This document shows positions 25,576 through 41,579 of a stretch of DNA of 64,000 bases, piece by piece. The position numbers and the translations under genes are program-made. The notes beneath the pieces were generated by a model. The model was not told where the DNA came from, did no database searches, and saw only the letters and a list, made by a program, of their open reading frames with translations. Where the stretch lies: the NCBI RefSeq assembly GCF_006345805.1, contig NC_043000.1, positions 46,748,001-46,812,000 of the forward strand. Direction: 5' to 3'. Origin of the DNA: Octopus sinensis (taxonomy: Eukaryota). Position 1 is the first letter of the stretch; every line of letters begins with the position of its first letter.

Positions 25576-26849
25576 AATATATATGCATATATATATATAT
25601 ATATACATACATATATATGTATGTATGTAAGTATATATATATGTGTGTTTGTGTGTGTATGTATGTATACATTTATGCATGTACCTATGCATGTGTCATT
25701 GTGTCTGTGTTTGTTCCCCACTTCTGCTTGACAACTGGTGTTGGTTTGTTTATGTTCCTGTGACTTATGGCTGTTAGACAAGTAACAGGCTTAAAAAATC
25801 ACACATGACATATGTATGTACGTGTATGTAATGTATACATATGTACAAATTTATATGCTTATGTAATACATTTGATAGGAGAGTGATGGAGAGATTGAAT
25901 AATTGGAGATGGCTTTTGTTTCAGAGCTGAACAATTTTAGAATAAGTCCTAAAAAGTTCCTGTGAATGAGTTTTTAAGTGAGTGTACTGAGAGAGTGAGA
26001 ATTAAATAAAATAAGGGAGGTTGGGTGATGATAAAAATTACAATAAATGTGAATGATATTTACTATGAGCTCAGTGGAAGGAAGTAGGTGTCTAAGTGAA
26101 GGAAAGGAAAGAGAAAAATCTTAAAATCTTGAGAGCAACTGAGTCTGCAAATCTTATTTGAAGACAAATATATATAAACCAAATCTCCCTAAAGTCACAC
26201 CCTTAAAAAGGGAGGACTTAATTTATAAAGTATTTTTACAATACACTTTATCCACAAAACATAAAATGAGATGGTTAGGGCTGGACAACATGTCTTTTGG
26301 ATAAGCGCTGACTAATGCTGAACAATTTAAGAACAATTTAAGAATAATTCTTAAAAGTTTCCTCTGAAATTAGCAAACAATCTATTGATAAATGTCAACA
26401 GTAGCAATTGTATAACACAGCACCTGCTATTGCAGTTTCAAAAATAACATACTATATTTTGTGTCTGCTATTTTAACTGTACTATTTTATTTTGTGACAA
26501 TAAGTCCTCTCCCCAGACACTCAACATAATGGACTATTCTATGTCACTAATGTCCATCATAACAAAACAAGGTATTACAACAGTTGGCTTTGCTGATATT
26601 TGCTTCCTCAACCTTGTGGTTTCAAATTTTAGAACAAGGCCAGAAAATTTGAGGTGGGGCAGTAAGTTGATTACATTGATCTCATTGTTCAACTGATACT
26701 TATTTTATTGACCCCAAAAGAATGAAAGGCAAAGTCAACCTCGGCTGAATTCAATCTGAGAACATACAAACAGACGAAATGCTGCCAAGTATTTTGCTTA
26801 GTGCAGTAACTATTCTGCCTGCCCACCACCTTGCTGGTGCTTGTGATAT

Positions 26850-27700
26850 CATTCCTTAAAGCTATATTTTTCCATCAAACAATTGTGCTTAAAATATCTT
26901 GAATCAGTTATATAAAAAAAAGAACAGCTCCTATGTACTATAGATTTCATGCAATTAGAGCTGGATACATTGCAGTAGATATCTGACTGGCAACTCATGC
27001 TAGCTGTAGACAAGTGCATCACCATGCATTTCAGAAGGACAAATCCAGCCATTACATACTCCCTCATCAACACCAATCTCAAGAAGTCTTCTTGTGGATG
27101 TGAATTTGGCATCGTTGTAAACAACGATCTGTTTTGGACAAACCACATCTGTAAGATTGTCAAGAAGGCTTAGGGGGTGTTAGCATCACTCAGTAAGGCC
27201 TTTGTCAACTGCTCTCCAGCTAGCTATTTAAAATTGTATATGACAATGGTACATCCACACTTGGAATTTGCATCACAAGTCTGGAACCCCTATCTTGCTC
27301 AGCATTAAATCTTCTGGAAACTGTTCAGAAACGTGCAACCAAACGAATACCCACTGTCAGACATCAACCATATTCTAAACGTCTTGCTTCCCTGAGTATG
27401 GATACATTGAAGCTCAATGTATTCATGGCAACTGACTTGGTAGACACCCACAAAGTTATCCACCATCTTTCCAACAACAACCTTGGGCACCTTTTTGAAT
27501 TCCATATGACAATCACTCATGGACATGCTTGTAAAATCAAAAAACAACACAGCAACTATGATTTTCGGAAACATTTTTTCACACTCAGAATTGCTGAAGT
27601 ATGTAATAAACTACCCGCATCAGTTGTTAACTGTCGAGACACTACATCCTTCAAAACTTCCATGCTTCCTGAAATTCACCAACAGTACACCTGATGGCCT
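26850..27700 (+). pseudogene. CR1/L2-clade LINE, 3' part of ORF2 (post-RT region)
   Basis: GIVVNNDLFWTNHICKIVKKA*GVL...LKLYMTMVHPHLEFASQVWNPYL...LLETVQKRATKRIP....YSKRLASL...FRKHFFTLRIAEVCNKLPASVV. Confidence 0.88.
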
Positions 27701-29564
27701 TTTTTTTCTTTCGTAGTTGTAGTGCACCTGAGCACTGTATACAACACTTTCCTCCATTATATACATAAAAATCTTTGTTATTAATTCATAAATAGCAGTA
27801 ATATACTGAGTTCTGTTATCTAATATATTCGACCATACAATTTCTCAACTAAACCCGCACCTGCATCTAAAGAAGAAAGTAGTATATTTGAATGAGCCCA
27901 TATATGGTTGTTCAGTATCCTGAAATAGCAAGTGGTTATCACTCTCAAGTCACACTCTTAAAAAGGAAGGACACATCGAATAATCATTGCCACAACACCT
28001 TATTCATATGTCTGCTGATTCAGAGCTGACTTAGGCTGACCAACAACGAGAAATATAATTAATATTAGTAGTTTTTAGTTTCTTTCAGATTAATAAAATT
28101 TGAGTTATGTGTCATGATTATTTTGAATAATTTTGCTAATTACATTGTTATAATCAATGCATAATTTGCATACTGAAAGTTGAACTAAAATAAAAAGAAG
28201 CTATATTCAATGCATTCTCATCTTCTGATATCTAACAACTTTTAGATTTTATAACCAGCTATTAAATCTAATGAATTTTAAAGTATATTATGACTAATTT
28301 TAGAACTCCATATCAATAGATTTTGAAAATCTCATTTATTTTTTATATTTTGGTCAATAGTCCTTGTGCATGCAGTGAAGAAATTAAAAACAAATTTGAA
28401 AAAAAAAAAGAAAAAATATTCGAGACACATTTGGAACATTGTGCTGTTGGGAAAATTGAAATATGACAGATGTAGTCAGACTTCGTCTCATAGCCAACAG
28501 TCAAGTATCAATGAATCAATGTATCAATGAAGTAAAACTCATGTTTTACAATCTTGTGAGTTTTGGATATCAGAAGCAGCAACAGAGAAACTATAACTGA
28601 CCAATGATCTTTCATGTTGTTGGCAGGAGATTTCATCTCATATCTTGTGCTTTTGTGGAATAATATTCCCAACAGCAATAACAACATAGTCTTTCTTTAT
28701 GTTTTAAGCATCTTGGGTTGTGTATATTATGTAAGGCAAAATACTTGTGTCACATATATAGAACAAAAGCACATTTTTGAAAACCAATAACATTAATCAC
28801 AGACTACTTCTTTGGATTGCATCTCTTGGGTTGTGAATGCACAGCTAAGTCTGTATGTGTGTGTGTGTCTGTTTGTGTATGTGTGTGCATGTGGGAATAA
28901 GTGTATGTGTGTGAGTGTGTGTGTATGTTTGAGTGAATCTATTTTCAATTGTGTGTGGATGTGTGTCTGATTGTAAAATTGTACATGATGTATGAATGTT
29001 TGTATGTGAATGTGTGAGTGAGTGTATGTGTGTATGCCTTCATCATCATAAATATTTGAAAGTGCAGCTGTACATGTGTGTGTCTGTGCCTGTGTTTCTC
29101 TGTGTGTGTGTGTGTGTGTGTGTCTGAGTGTCTACACGTGCACATACATAACACAGAGAGAAACATTGTGAATGAGGGTGTGTATAGGTCTGTAAGAGAG
29201 TCAAACACGTGCACATACATAACACAAAGAGAAACATTGTGAATGAGGGCGTGTATAGGTCTGTAAGAGAGTCAAACAGACAGAGACAAAAAGATGAAAT
29301 ACTATACATGAAAGTCTGCATGTGTATGTATATAAGTGTATTGTTGTATGAAGCAAGCATTTGCATGTGTGTCTTATGCAAGTTTCTTCCTATTAACTGT
29401 TGGCATATATGTGTCTATTGTTTTGTGTGTTAGACTTCATTCACCAACAGATTTAACACTACCAAATGGCCCTATTGTGCATTTTGTGGAGCCCATGTAC
29501 TTGCAAAAATTCACAGCATATCTTTCTTCCGAAAATAAGTAGCAAATTTTGTGATTCATTTTAA

Positions 29565-29784
29565 CCCTTTCGTTACTGTATTTATTTTGAGATGCTCTGT
29601 GTTTCTTTCAATTATTTTAAATATAACAAAGAATTAGTAAAATAACTTAGTTATCATTAAGCTAGTATTAGGAATATATATTGCGACTAAGGTTTGGTGG
29701 TATATTTTGATGCAAAACTTATGAAAACAAGACATTTGTACTACAGAGCCAGAGCCGGTTTTGGCCAGGTTGGTAACGAAAAGG
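29565..29784. mobile_element. piggyBac-type MITE, 220 bp
   Basis: TTAA|CCCTTTCGTTAC ... GTAACGAAAAGG|TTAC. The 12-bp TIR has one mismatch and the right TTAA target is degenerate. Confidence 0.7.
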
Positions 29785-30029
29785 TTACCTTACTTAGGGG
29801 ATGGTTTTCTGGTTTCTACAGTGTGCATATTCCCCACGTGGATGGGATGCTGGTCCATCAGTGGATTACACATTTTTGCCAGCTGAGTGGACTGGCGCAA
29901 TGTGAAATGAAGTGTTTGGCTCAAGAACACATCGCATTGCCCGGTTCATGTATTGAAACCACAATCTTATGATCATGACTCCAACACCCTAACCACTAAG
30001 CCACATGTTTCCACCATTGCTTTGAAGGG

Positions 30030-30428
30030 TTTAGTTGAATAAATTGACTCCAGTACTTATTTTTAAAAATCGGTAATTATTCTATTGGTTCCTTTTGATG
30101 AACTACTAAGTTATGGGCAGTGATGGGGGCATAAACAAACCAACACCAGTTGTCAAGTGGTGACAGAGAGACAAACAAGCACACACACAGACACACAGAC
30201 ACACAGACACAGACACAGACACACACACACACACACACACCACACACACACACATACACACACACACATTTGACAGACTTCTTTCAGTTTCCATTTACCA
30301 AATCCACTTACATGGCCTTGGTTAGCTCAGGGCTATAGCAGAAGACACTTGCTCAAGATGCCCTGCAGTGAAACTGAACCCAGAATCATGTGATTGGGAA
30401 GCAAGCTCCTTTACATGCAGCCATGCCT
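30030..30428 (-). mobile_element. SINE family A with internal (CA)n
   Basis: Reverse-complement head GCAGCCATGCCTG and body shared with the other family A copies. Confidence 0.7.
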
Positions 30429-30469
30429 GTATATATAAATGTCAATACTTAAAAACTCGACTCTGTCAG

Positions 30470-30805
30470 TGTCGAATCACCATAGGTGCACCTAAGAGGT
30501 TCCTCTCCAGGGTACAAGTCTGGGCAGAACACACAACCTAGGGTGGTTTTTAAGGAAGACCAGCTGTTGCCCATGCATACCAGCCTCCCCTCTCCATGCC
30601 ATCGATGCTATCCAAGGGAAACACAAAGGCCGATACAGCTTGGCACCAGTGACGTCACAACTCGTTTCTACAGTTGAGTGAACTGGAGCAACATGAAATA
30701 AAGTGTCTTGCTCAAGAACACAACACGCAGCCTGGTCCAAGAATTGAAATCACAACCTCGTGATCATAAGCTTTGATGCTCTAACCACTGAGCTATGCAC
30801 CTTCA
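30470..30805 (-). mobile_element. tRNA-derived SINE, a further family
   Basis: The minus-strand head GTGAAGGTGCATAGCTCAGTGGTTAGAGCATC...GTTGTGATTTCAATTC has A- and B-box-like motifs, followed by a CTTGAGCAAGACACTT core-like segment. Confidence 0.7.
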
Positions 30806-31098
30806 CAAATGTCAATAATATTTATTATACATTTCGCCATGAGGCCAGCAATGTGGTGGGAGAGGTTAAGTCAATTACTTCAACCTCTGTGCTCAACTGG
30901 TACTTATTATGGATGAAAAGCAAAGTGGACATCAATGAACTTTGAACACAGAATGTAAAGACAGAGCAAAAGCTGCTAAGTATTTTGCCTGGCATGTTAA
31001 AGATTCTGCCACCTCACCACTTTATAATTATTATACATATGAACTTTCATTATATAGGCACAAATGTGGCTAAGTGGTAAAAATTTTCTTCCCAACTA

Positions 31099-32383
31099 TC
31101 AGGTCATCCCATAAGTTCTGTCTGATTTCACCTTTTTAAAAATTGAATGAAATTTAATAGTATTTTAGAATATTTAATGGAATTAAAAATTATTTTTATG
31201 CATTTGTGTACATTTAAACTCATCAAATATTATTTTACAGAATTAAAGAATTAAAATTTCTTTGATTAAAACCCTTTCCAACATGAAAGTATACAAAGGG
31301 CATTTGAGGCACATAATGTTTTATGAGTACAAAAAAGGAAACTCTGCAGTAGAAGCGTCTCGAAACATATACTCAGTTTATGGGAAAGAATCCTTGAATG
31401 AAAGAACTTGCATAGATGGTTTGCAAAATCCTGACGTGGAAATTTCAGCCTTGAAGATGAAGATTGAACAGGATGTCCAGTTGAGTTTGATGATAAGCTC
31501 CTTGAGGCATTACTTGAAGAAAATCCTACATTATCAGTTGAAGAATTGGCAATAAAACTAGTTCAAACCATACAATTGTTCATCGTCATCTTCAACAACT
31601 TGGAAAATGGGTGCCTCATGAATTGTCCGAAAGCAACTGCAAATCCTGAGTTGAGATCTGCTCTTCTCTCCATTCTTGCAAACTCATTTCACTCATTTTG
31701 GATAGACATGCGACTGGTGATGAAAAATGGATTTTTCTATCAAAATGTTAAATGTCATAAACAGTGGCTTAGTAAAAGGGAAAAAGCTCAACCACAACCA
31801 AGAAGGATACTTCATGGGAAAAAGGTTCTTCTCTCTATCTGGTGGGATTGCAAAGGAGTAATTCACTTTGAAATTGTTACCACTTAATGCAGCAATCAAA
31901 TGCCCAAATCTACTGTCAGCAATTAAAGCATTTGAACCAAGCTTTGAAGAAAAAAAGACCCACTTTAGTGAATCAAAAAGTGGTGATGTTTCATCAGGAC
32001 AATGCACAACTCCACACTGCAAAGATCAGATCACATCACAGAAGATCAAAGAGGCTGGTTGTGAAAAAATTCATCATCCACCTTATTCTCCCAAACTTGC
32101 TCCTTCAGATTACCATTTGTTTCATAGTTTACCATTTGTTTCATAGTTTACCGAATCATTTGGAGGACATAACTTTTGCAATCCAGGAGGAGGTTGAAAC
32201 TGACATTTCAGAGTTCTTCACATTGAAACCAAAGGATTTTTACATTGATAAGATTAAAAAGCTTGTGAATAGATGGAAGGAAGTCATAGATGATCAGGGA
32301 AAGTACATTGATGATTAAATTTCAACATTTGATCACTTGTTTCCTTTATTCAAAATTTGAACAGAACTTATGGGTTGACCTGT
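31099..32383 (+). mobile_element. Full-length inactive mariner (DD34D-type), 1285 bp, inserted at a TA inside a SINE head
   Basis: TIRs TCAGGTCATCCCATAAGTTCTGT and ACAGAACTTATGGGTTGACCTGT with TA flanks. Transposase motifs KWVPHEL, ATGDEKW, KKVLLSIWWD, HQDNA and YSPKLAPSDYHLF are spread over frameshifts. The SINE A-box lies left (about 31075) and its B-box resumes at about 32390. Confidence 0.95.
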
Positions 32384-32385
32384 TA

Positions 32386-33385
<1,000 letters not shown>

Positions 33386-33613
33386 AAAGGATAATAAAAG
33401 ATAGAAGAAAAGGATGGTAACTTTTGAAAAGGGATGATATATTACAATTTAATTCAATTCTTGACATGTCATTATTTTTTGCATCTAACTTTAATCACTT
33501 TTAGTTAATCAATCAAAATCTGGATTTTGAATTATTTTAAGAGTTAAACTCATTGAATTTTTTTTTTTATTTTTGTAATGTATAAGGTTTTCTCAACCTG
33601 AAATTATATATCA

Positions 33614-34123
33614 CTAGCAGTATCGCCCAGCGTTGCTCGGGTTTGTAAGGGAAATAACTATATAAGCATTTTTAGAGAGTTACTTCCCTTATAGATGCCA
33701 ATTCGGGCTTTCTTAGCCATTTCTGTTTTGGTGTCTTCAGGCCATGAAGTCGTTGTTCTAAAAGAACGCTGGTCTCCTTGACAATGCATTACGACGTTGA
33801 TTTCTTTACACTCCCTTCCCCACAGCTTCACGAGGGAGGGAAAGGGGAGAAGCAAACAGGTGCAGCTGTGAGCATGGACGCCAACTCCGCCGCCATTGAC
33901 ACACGAAAGATTATGCATTAAAATGGAATAAAAAATGATGTTAAATTATTTTTAAAATCGTAGACTCATCAGTGACGCGCGCTAATAGCCAGACGGGCTC
34001 GATATGAATCACGACTATAAGATACTCGAATTTGGTTAAACTGCACCGCAAAATGTGGGAGGAGTTAGGAATCTAAATCGAAGGGGACAGACACTCACAC
34101 AACTAGAGTTTTATATATATAGA
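33614..34123 (-). mobile_element. Non-autonomous Helitron, 510 bp, with intact termini
   Basis: The minus strand starts TCTATATATATAAAA (34123) and ends with a CCCGAGCAACGCTGGG hairpin followed by CTAG (33614). It is inserted between A and T with no TSD. Confidence 0.9.
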
Positions 34124-34723
34124 TATAAAGATATGTCAGCTCTTAAAATTTATATATAAAGTTATATAATTTCTAAATAACGTTTACAGGACAATTAATA
34201 TCTAGGTACTATACTGTAACTAAGGATCCAAATATATTTTTTAAATTGCACAAAGTTTTATTGATTTGAAGAATATAGTACTAAAAAAAGTATTATTGAA
34301 ATTCATAAAATAAAAAAACCCTTCATCGTTTGAAATTCACCTAGAAAGTTATATAAATCAAAATAATAATTAATTTGCAAATCAGATATTTTCTCCACCC
34401 ATTTACTAATTACAGCTCAGATTTATATTTACATTTTCTATCAATCAACTAATGAAACTTTATTTTTTGCAAAAAAATGTAACACGTGTTTTAATGCATA
34501 CATCCTTAGAACAAAACCGCTTCATATTCATTACTGTGCAATTAACTCTTAATTCATACTTTTCATCGTATCAAATTTTTCTTAATTAAAATAAAAAATA
34601 AAAATCTGTTCCTAAGTAATAGCTAACTGTCATTTGTATGGAAAACATTCCATAATTTTTTCTTACTAATTCTGATGAATTTATTCTTTGATGTTGATAA
34701 TGCAATATCTGTCTATCATGCTC

Positions 34724-34774
<51 letters not shown>

Positions 34775-34776
34775 TG

Positions 34777-34816
<40 letters not shown>

Positions 34817-34838
34817 ATACATATATTTGTATGTATAT

Positions 34839-34876
<38 letters not shown>

Positions 34877-34948
34877 GTATGCATATATGTATGTGTTCCT
34901 ATATCTCTGTGTATATATGTATATAGATATAGAAAGATATATAGATAG

Positions 34949-34991
<43 letters not shown>

Positions 34992-34992
34992 C

Positions 34993-35089
<97 letters not shown>

Positions 35090-35469
35090 TAATTAATTTA
35101 CTAAAGATCCATTGACCTAGCAATAGGAATTATTGCATATTGAAAATAGCTTATGTTAAAAATATTTACTGCAATCTTGTTTTTAATTCATTCAAAGTTT
35201 ACATAAGGAAACAAAAAGCTGAAATAATTATTCAAACAATTGCAATATTTATTTGTGCAGAACAAAGAGATGTATTTAGTTCCTAAAGTCACCTGACAGA
35301 GATGTAATACACTGAGAAAATATATATTGGATTTGTTAACAAGGAAATTATTTAAAAGAAAATCACTCACAATTAAAATGAATGTGACTGCATATTAATA
35401 TAAATATATATATGCTCCATTCCCCTATACATAATCATATACATACATACATATATACATATATATATA

Positions 35470-35500
<31 letters not shown>

Positions 35501-35559
35501 GTGTGTGTGTGTGTATATATATATATATGTGTATGTATGTATGTATCTATATATGTATA

Positions 35560-35591
<32 letters not shown>

Positions 35592-36164
35592 ATTTCACTT
35601 TGTTTTGATTCTCTTTTCATTTGTTAATATCTGTCTGCTGATCTATTTAAAGATGTTGGTTTATAGAGTTATTAGTTATTTTATTAACATTTTTGTGGAT
35701 AGATATATGTATTAGCCAGTATCTTTCCATCAATGATCATTTTCTTACTGTCTCTTGTTCTCATTTTCATGTGAAGAGAGGAAGAGAGAGAGAGAGAGAG
35801 AAATGGAGAGAGAGAGAGAGAGAAAGAGAGAGTAAGAAAGAGAAAGGAAGATGAAGTAATCATGGAAAAGATGACTAACTTTTATATTGTAAAGTTATAT
35901 GATTAAGTTATACATTAAAGTTATACAATTATATGAGGAGCAGACCACTTCTTACAACATATCTTTTTCAACCATATCTTCTTCCCATCTCTTCCTGTTT
36001 CTAATGCATATGTTTTGACACACATCTACATACATTCACCTATTCCTACTTACCAGATTCTTTTGATCTATCTATAAGTATGTAAATGTGTTTATGTCAC
36101 TATTCACACGTATCTATAATTCTACTTAGATCTCTTTTATTTATGCAAGGTGCTGAGCGTAAGG

Positions 36165-36330
36165 AAATGCATAAGATCAAACTCATTGTTAAACACATCA
36201 AAACTACTTCAAAGAATCAAATAAACGAAGTATTGAAAACCTGTCTCAAATGATGACTATACATGAGTGGGGAAATGAAGAAACTATGTGAAGATTATGA
36301 ATTCTGTCTGTTGTATAAAAGTACAACAGA
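36165..36330 (+). pseudogene. Possible LTR-retrotransposon integrase H2C2 zinc-finger remnant
   Basis: EMHKIKLIVKHIKTTSKNQINEVLKTCLK**LYMSGEMKKLCEDYEFCLLYKST loosely fits H-x-H...C-x2-C-xxYK. Highly decayed. Confidence 0.25.
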
Positions 36331-37914
36331 CTGTAAATTATGGTCAGATTATAAGACTTTTACATATTGAAGACCAAGTCTAACAATCAATGGATGGGAA
36401 ATAATTTCCATTCTATCGACTGTTAAACATCAAGAATGAGGTTATTCATGCTATTGGTTAGACTGTGTAGAAGAATCTTCTCAATATCCACAACAATAAA
36501 AACAAAGGACAGGTCAAGCTTGTTTGGAATGTTTTAAGAGCTTTCTCTTCTGTAGTCTGTGTTGCTGTTGTTGTTTAACCCAAGATCAGCACTTATTGAA
36601 TACATGATCGAGTACATTCATGCTGTGATCTTGCAGTTTTCTATGCAGTGTGCATACAAGATGACAATACGCAATATGTTATTTGCTTTTGAAAATATTA
36701 GGGTGGAGATAGAAGGAGATATGTCTATTATATTCTAACAAGTTGAATGACCACATAAAATTTTCCTTGCTGACTCATCTTAGCAACCATTGATTATCTA
36801 GATGATATTTAATTTCCGAAATTTATAAATTAAATTAATTTATATGTTCTCGTCAAGAGATTATTTAGCAAGCAATATACTTCACTTTGGAATAAAATAT
36901 ATTACTGTATCTAAGACAATGAATAGTACTCACAAGTTATTGTTAAAATTTTACTCATTGTGCTGATTAACCTAAAACTAATAAAATACATATATCTAAG
37001 ATACTGTGCAGTAGCCACATGGCTGTGAATGAACTTCTTAACTACACAACCATGCCAACTCCAAATCATTTGGCTCTCACATTCCTCTCACATTGATACT
37101 TATAACTCAGTTTCCAATTCTGAAAGTTCATCACCTACCTATATTCCTGATCAAAACACTAACTCTAACAATATACTTAATATTCTTTGCATTTTGGAAT
37201 CTAGCATTCACAAAACCATTACTGTCTCTACTTTAATTGGCTTGTCTGATCAGCTCATAACCAAGGCAACCTACAGAACCTTTCTTCTTTTCCCCTGCAG
37301 CATGTCAGTCTATGACCTAGTAATGCTCTAATACTTCAAGTCAGCTAATTAGTGCTGATTGCGCTCAACTCAGGAAATGTATTTCATTTCTGACATCTGT
37401 GGGGCATCTGATAGAAAAACTTATTCCATCCTCCACATAACCAAGTTACTCCAAAATTCACAGGTACTTTACTCTTAGCTAAACTATTACTTTCAAACAT
37501 TACTCTCAAAAGCTAACATCAAACTTCTCCAAATCCTACAGTATTTCTCTCTCTACAGTGAACTATGTTAATCCTAGGGAACATACAGAACTGTGTTAAA
37601 TTTCAGAAGGCAGCATCTCACTAATTCTCATATCTCATATGTAAATGGTAGCTTAGCCTGAAGGACGTTGGTGAAACCATGCTGTTATCCAAAAACTAAG
37701 AAAGCCACCAGGTGTATCAAGCAAGAGAATCTCCCAGCTATGTATCTCATGTATTGACTTCAGCTCTTTTCCATCACTTAGGTTTAAATTTTCATTCAGA
37801 CAATTCCTCTGAAAAGGAGCTGCAAATACTCCTTCTTACCTATATTCTGTAAACAGTAGTATACACTCTTAAACTTGATTCCTTTTGCTAATGACCTACT
37901 TGCATAAGCATCAC

Positions 37915-38313
37915 TTGTCTCTTTTACTCTTTTATTCTTTTACTTGCTTCAGTCATTTGAATGTGGCCATGCTAGAGCACCGCCTTTAGTCGAGCAAATC
38001 GACACCAGGACTTATTCTTTGTAAGCCTAGTACTTATTCTATCAGTCTCTTTTGCTGAACTGCTAAGTTAAGGGGACGTAGACACACCAGCATTGGTTGT
38101 CAAGCGATGTTGGGGGGAAAAACACACACAGAAACATATACACACACATATACATACATATATATATATATATATATACATACATATATATATATATATA
38201 TATATCCATATATATATATATGTATATATATATATGTATATATATATATGTATTATATATATATATATATCCATATATGTATATATGTATATATATATAT
38301 GTATATATATATG

Positions 38314-38385
<72 letters not shown>

Positions 38386-38392
38386 CATATGC

Positions 38393-38433
<41 letters not shown>

Positions 38434-38592
38434 ACAGGCTTCTTTCAGTTTCCGTCTACCAAATCCACTCACAAAGCTTTGGTCGGCCCGAGGCTATAGT
38501 AGAAGACACTTGCCCAAGGTGCCATGCAGTGGGACTGAACCCGGAACCATGTGGTTCATAAGCAAGCTACTTACCACACAGCCACTCCTATG
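37915..38592 (-). mobile_element. SINE family A with internal (TA)n
   Basis: Full head, body and tail in reverse complement. The microsatellite sits at the same internal position as in the other copies. Confidence 0.9.
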
Positions 38593-39064
38593 CCTGTCTC
38601 TTCAGAAATAGAAAATTCTTCAGTCCTAAGCAATTGTAATCACTATAAAAAGTGTAACTAGCACAGAGGAACTAATAAAAGTATATAAAATAACCAAAAT
38701 TAAAACTAAGCTTCTACACAATCAGTCATTACTCAGAGTTTGTATTATTACTTTTTGGCACCTATTTTATTACTATTTACAAGATCATATTGATAATATA
38801 AATTTGGTCAAAATGAAGCTTATGACTACTGAAATTCTTAGACTTAAAGGCTTGCAATGTAAACTAAATATTGAAAATATTTAGAATATAATGATTGATG
38901 TATGCTCTAAGCATTATGGTTAGAGAGAAAATAAAATTTAATCAATAGAAAAGTAACATATGGAACAAGAGGAAAGGAGAGAATAAAGATGCACATGTAT
39001 TAAAAGCTTTCCATCAAGTAATCAATGTCAAGGCAACAGATGGCAAAATCCTTTCACAGGGAAT

Positions 39065-39560
39065 TGATATCATCATCATCATCATCATCGTTTAACGTCT
39101 GCTTTCCATGCTAGCATGGGTTGGACGATTTTATTGAGGTCTGGCAAACCAGATGGTTGCACCAGACTCCAAACTGCTCTGGCAGAGTTTCTACAGCTGG
39201 ATGCCCTTCCTAATGCCAACCACACTGAGAATGTAGTGGGTGCTTTTACGTGCCGCCGGCATGAAAGCCAGTCAGGCAGTACTGGCAACGGCCACACTCA
39301 AATGGTGCTTTTTATGTGCCACCAGCACAGGAGCCAGTCCAGCGGCACTGGCAACGACCTCGTTTGAATGTTTTTTCACGTACCACCACCACAAGTGCTA
39401 GTAAGGTGACGCAGGTAACAATCACGCTCGAATGGTGTTTTTACGTGCCATCGGCATGGAGGCCAGCTTGTTGCTCTGGCAACAATCTCACTCATATGGT
39501 ACTCTTAGCGCTCCATTAGCACTGATGCCAGTCATCGAATTTGATTTCGAGTACTAAAGT
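39065..39560 (-). mobile_element. Family C (GAT)n-tailed element
   Basis: (CAT)n at 39068-39090 is followed by the reverse complement of the family C 3' end. Confidence 0.8.
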
Positions 39561-40234
39561 GAAGTTGGTAAGCTACAGTGAACAAACTTATTTATGACTG
39601 GCTGAATGGAAAGTTAAGAGCAGGTACACACAACATATATATTCTTTTAAGCACCCTGAGAAATTATTCACTACCTCTTATTTCAGCATATCAGGTAACT
39701 TAAACCAGACAACATAAAATAGTGCAGTCAGTGATTGAAATTGTCGAAACACATTCAATTAGTTCTCTAATTCTGTTTGTGTATCTGATAAAAATATTTC
39801 ATGTAGATGTCTCAGCTCAACTTGTCAAATTCTTAGTATGACCTCGTGCTGAAATGTGCTCCCCAAAACAAGTTCATTCTATGAAATTTATTTTGCCTAC
39901 AGACTGAATATATTGCACTGTGATAAATGGAATTTCTTTGAAATTCTTCAATCATTTTTTTTGAAGTTCCTTCAAGTAATGTAAATATCCTATGAATATT
40001 TATAGCTCTTCTTCTTAAGCTATCTTTTTGTGTCAAAGGCTCTCTATTAGATTACTTTGTTCAAAGGTATTTCAAATGTGAACTGCAAACTATTGATAAA
40101 CTGACTTCTCTTTTCTCATAATTCGTAAAATTCAAATCTGTTTTTGTTGTCTATTGAATCTTCTGTGCCATTTCAATTTACTTCAGTTAAGTACTGATCA
40201 GCTGTTTTTACTGTACTGCTTGCATGTGTGTGTA

Positions 40235-40273
<39 letters not shown>

Positions 40274-40313
40274 ATATGTATATATATGTATATGTATATG
40301 TATATATGTACAT

Positions 40314-40366
<53 letters not shown>

Positions 40367-40379
40367 CATGCACACACAT

Positions 40380-40410
<31 letters not shown>

Positions 40411-41579
40411 CATCTATACACACACATATATATTCATATCTTTTCTCTTCATATTCCTTCCATTTCCTTATATTATTGACCTTCTTGCTCTTTTCCTTCT
40501 TCTATACTTTAATAGTTACCTACCTCCCCCTTTCACCTCTTCTTTATCTCTTTACTCATTCAATCTGATACATACATATTCGCTCACTTTTTACTCTTTA
40601 CAAATATCTGTAAGTTTTCTCCTTTACACCTTTATGCTATTGTATCTTATGTTCAATGATTCAGTAAATGTTTTTTTTTATACAATTTAATTTCACACCC
40701 TCTTTCTGAACTACTTTTCTAACTTGTTTTTGACTTACTCATTTTATTTTCACATTTATAATACCTGTCCCATAAATGGAAGAACAGAAAAGAGTAAGTT
40801 ACTTCAGGACCATATTCAACACAAGTCTATCTTTAATATCCAAAAGAGGCAAAATATCACGTCTCTAGCAAGGCATAATTGGACCTTAAAGGAAAATGCT
40901 ATACATTACAATATCAAGTGAAAGATACTGGTAAAGTATAAACTTTAGAGCAGTGGGAGGTGCAAGTTCTGCTTGGTTGAGAAATGGATCATACCAAAGA
41001 ATTCTCTCCACCTGGGCACTTACCTAACGTGTATAAATAAACATCTTTGTTGTTATCTGCATAAGTGTAAATTTTTATATTGCTAGCTGCACCATGAATA
41101 TAAGCATTGTCCCCTCTGCCAGTTTTTTTCCTCTCACTGCAATCTAAAGAATTAATATAAGACCTGCTATACCAGTTGTGATATATATTTACACATATAC
41201 ACATATACATGGACATAATCACTCATGATTAAAATTACCTTCCCCTACTAAATTCTCTTCTCACTCCCCACCCCAGCATCTATACCATGGTAATCATTTT
41301 TGATATCATTCTCACTCTATACCGTGGTAGTCATTTTTTATATCATTCCAAGAGGCATAAACTCTAATGAACTAAATGTATTTTATTTCCATCGTTTTTG
41401 ACCTAACTCCACTTTTTTTCTTTTTACTACAGCCATAAAACCTGCAATCCATCTGTGATGCTTTCAGAATTTCAGTGCTGAGGAATCTGGTGCTATATAA
41501 TTCCTATCAACCTCTACTGTTGTATGCAAAGCGTGTTTCAAGTCCTGCTATGAAACTTATTGGTAAATTGGTTGAAGTG

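Noticed and set aside
33955-33975. CTGATGA-GTC-TAC-GAT inside the non-autonomous Helitron
   Set aside because: No GAAA follows.
39833-40045. Minus-strand ORF …QKDSLRRRAINIHRIFTLLEG…WGAHFSTRSY
   Set aside because: It looks protein-like but is unassignable, with weak splice signals.
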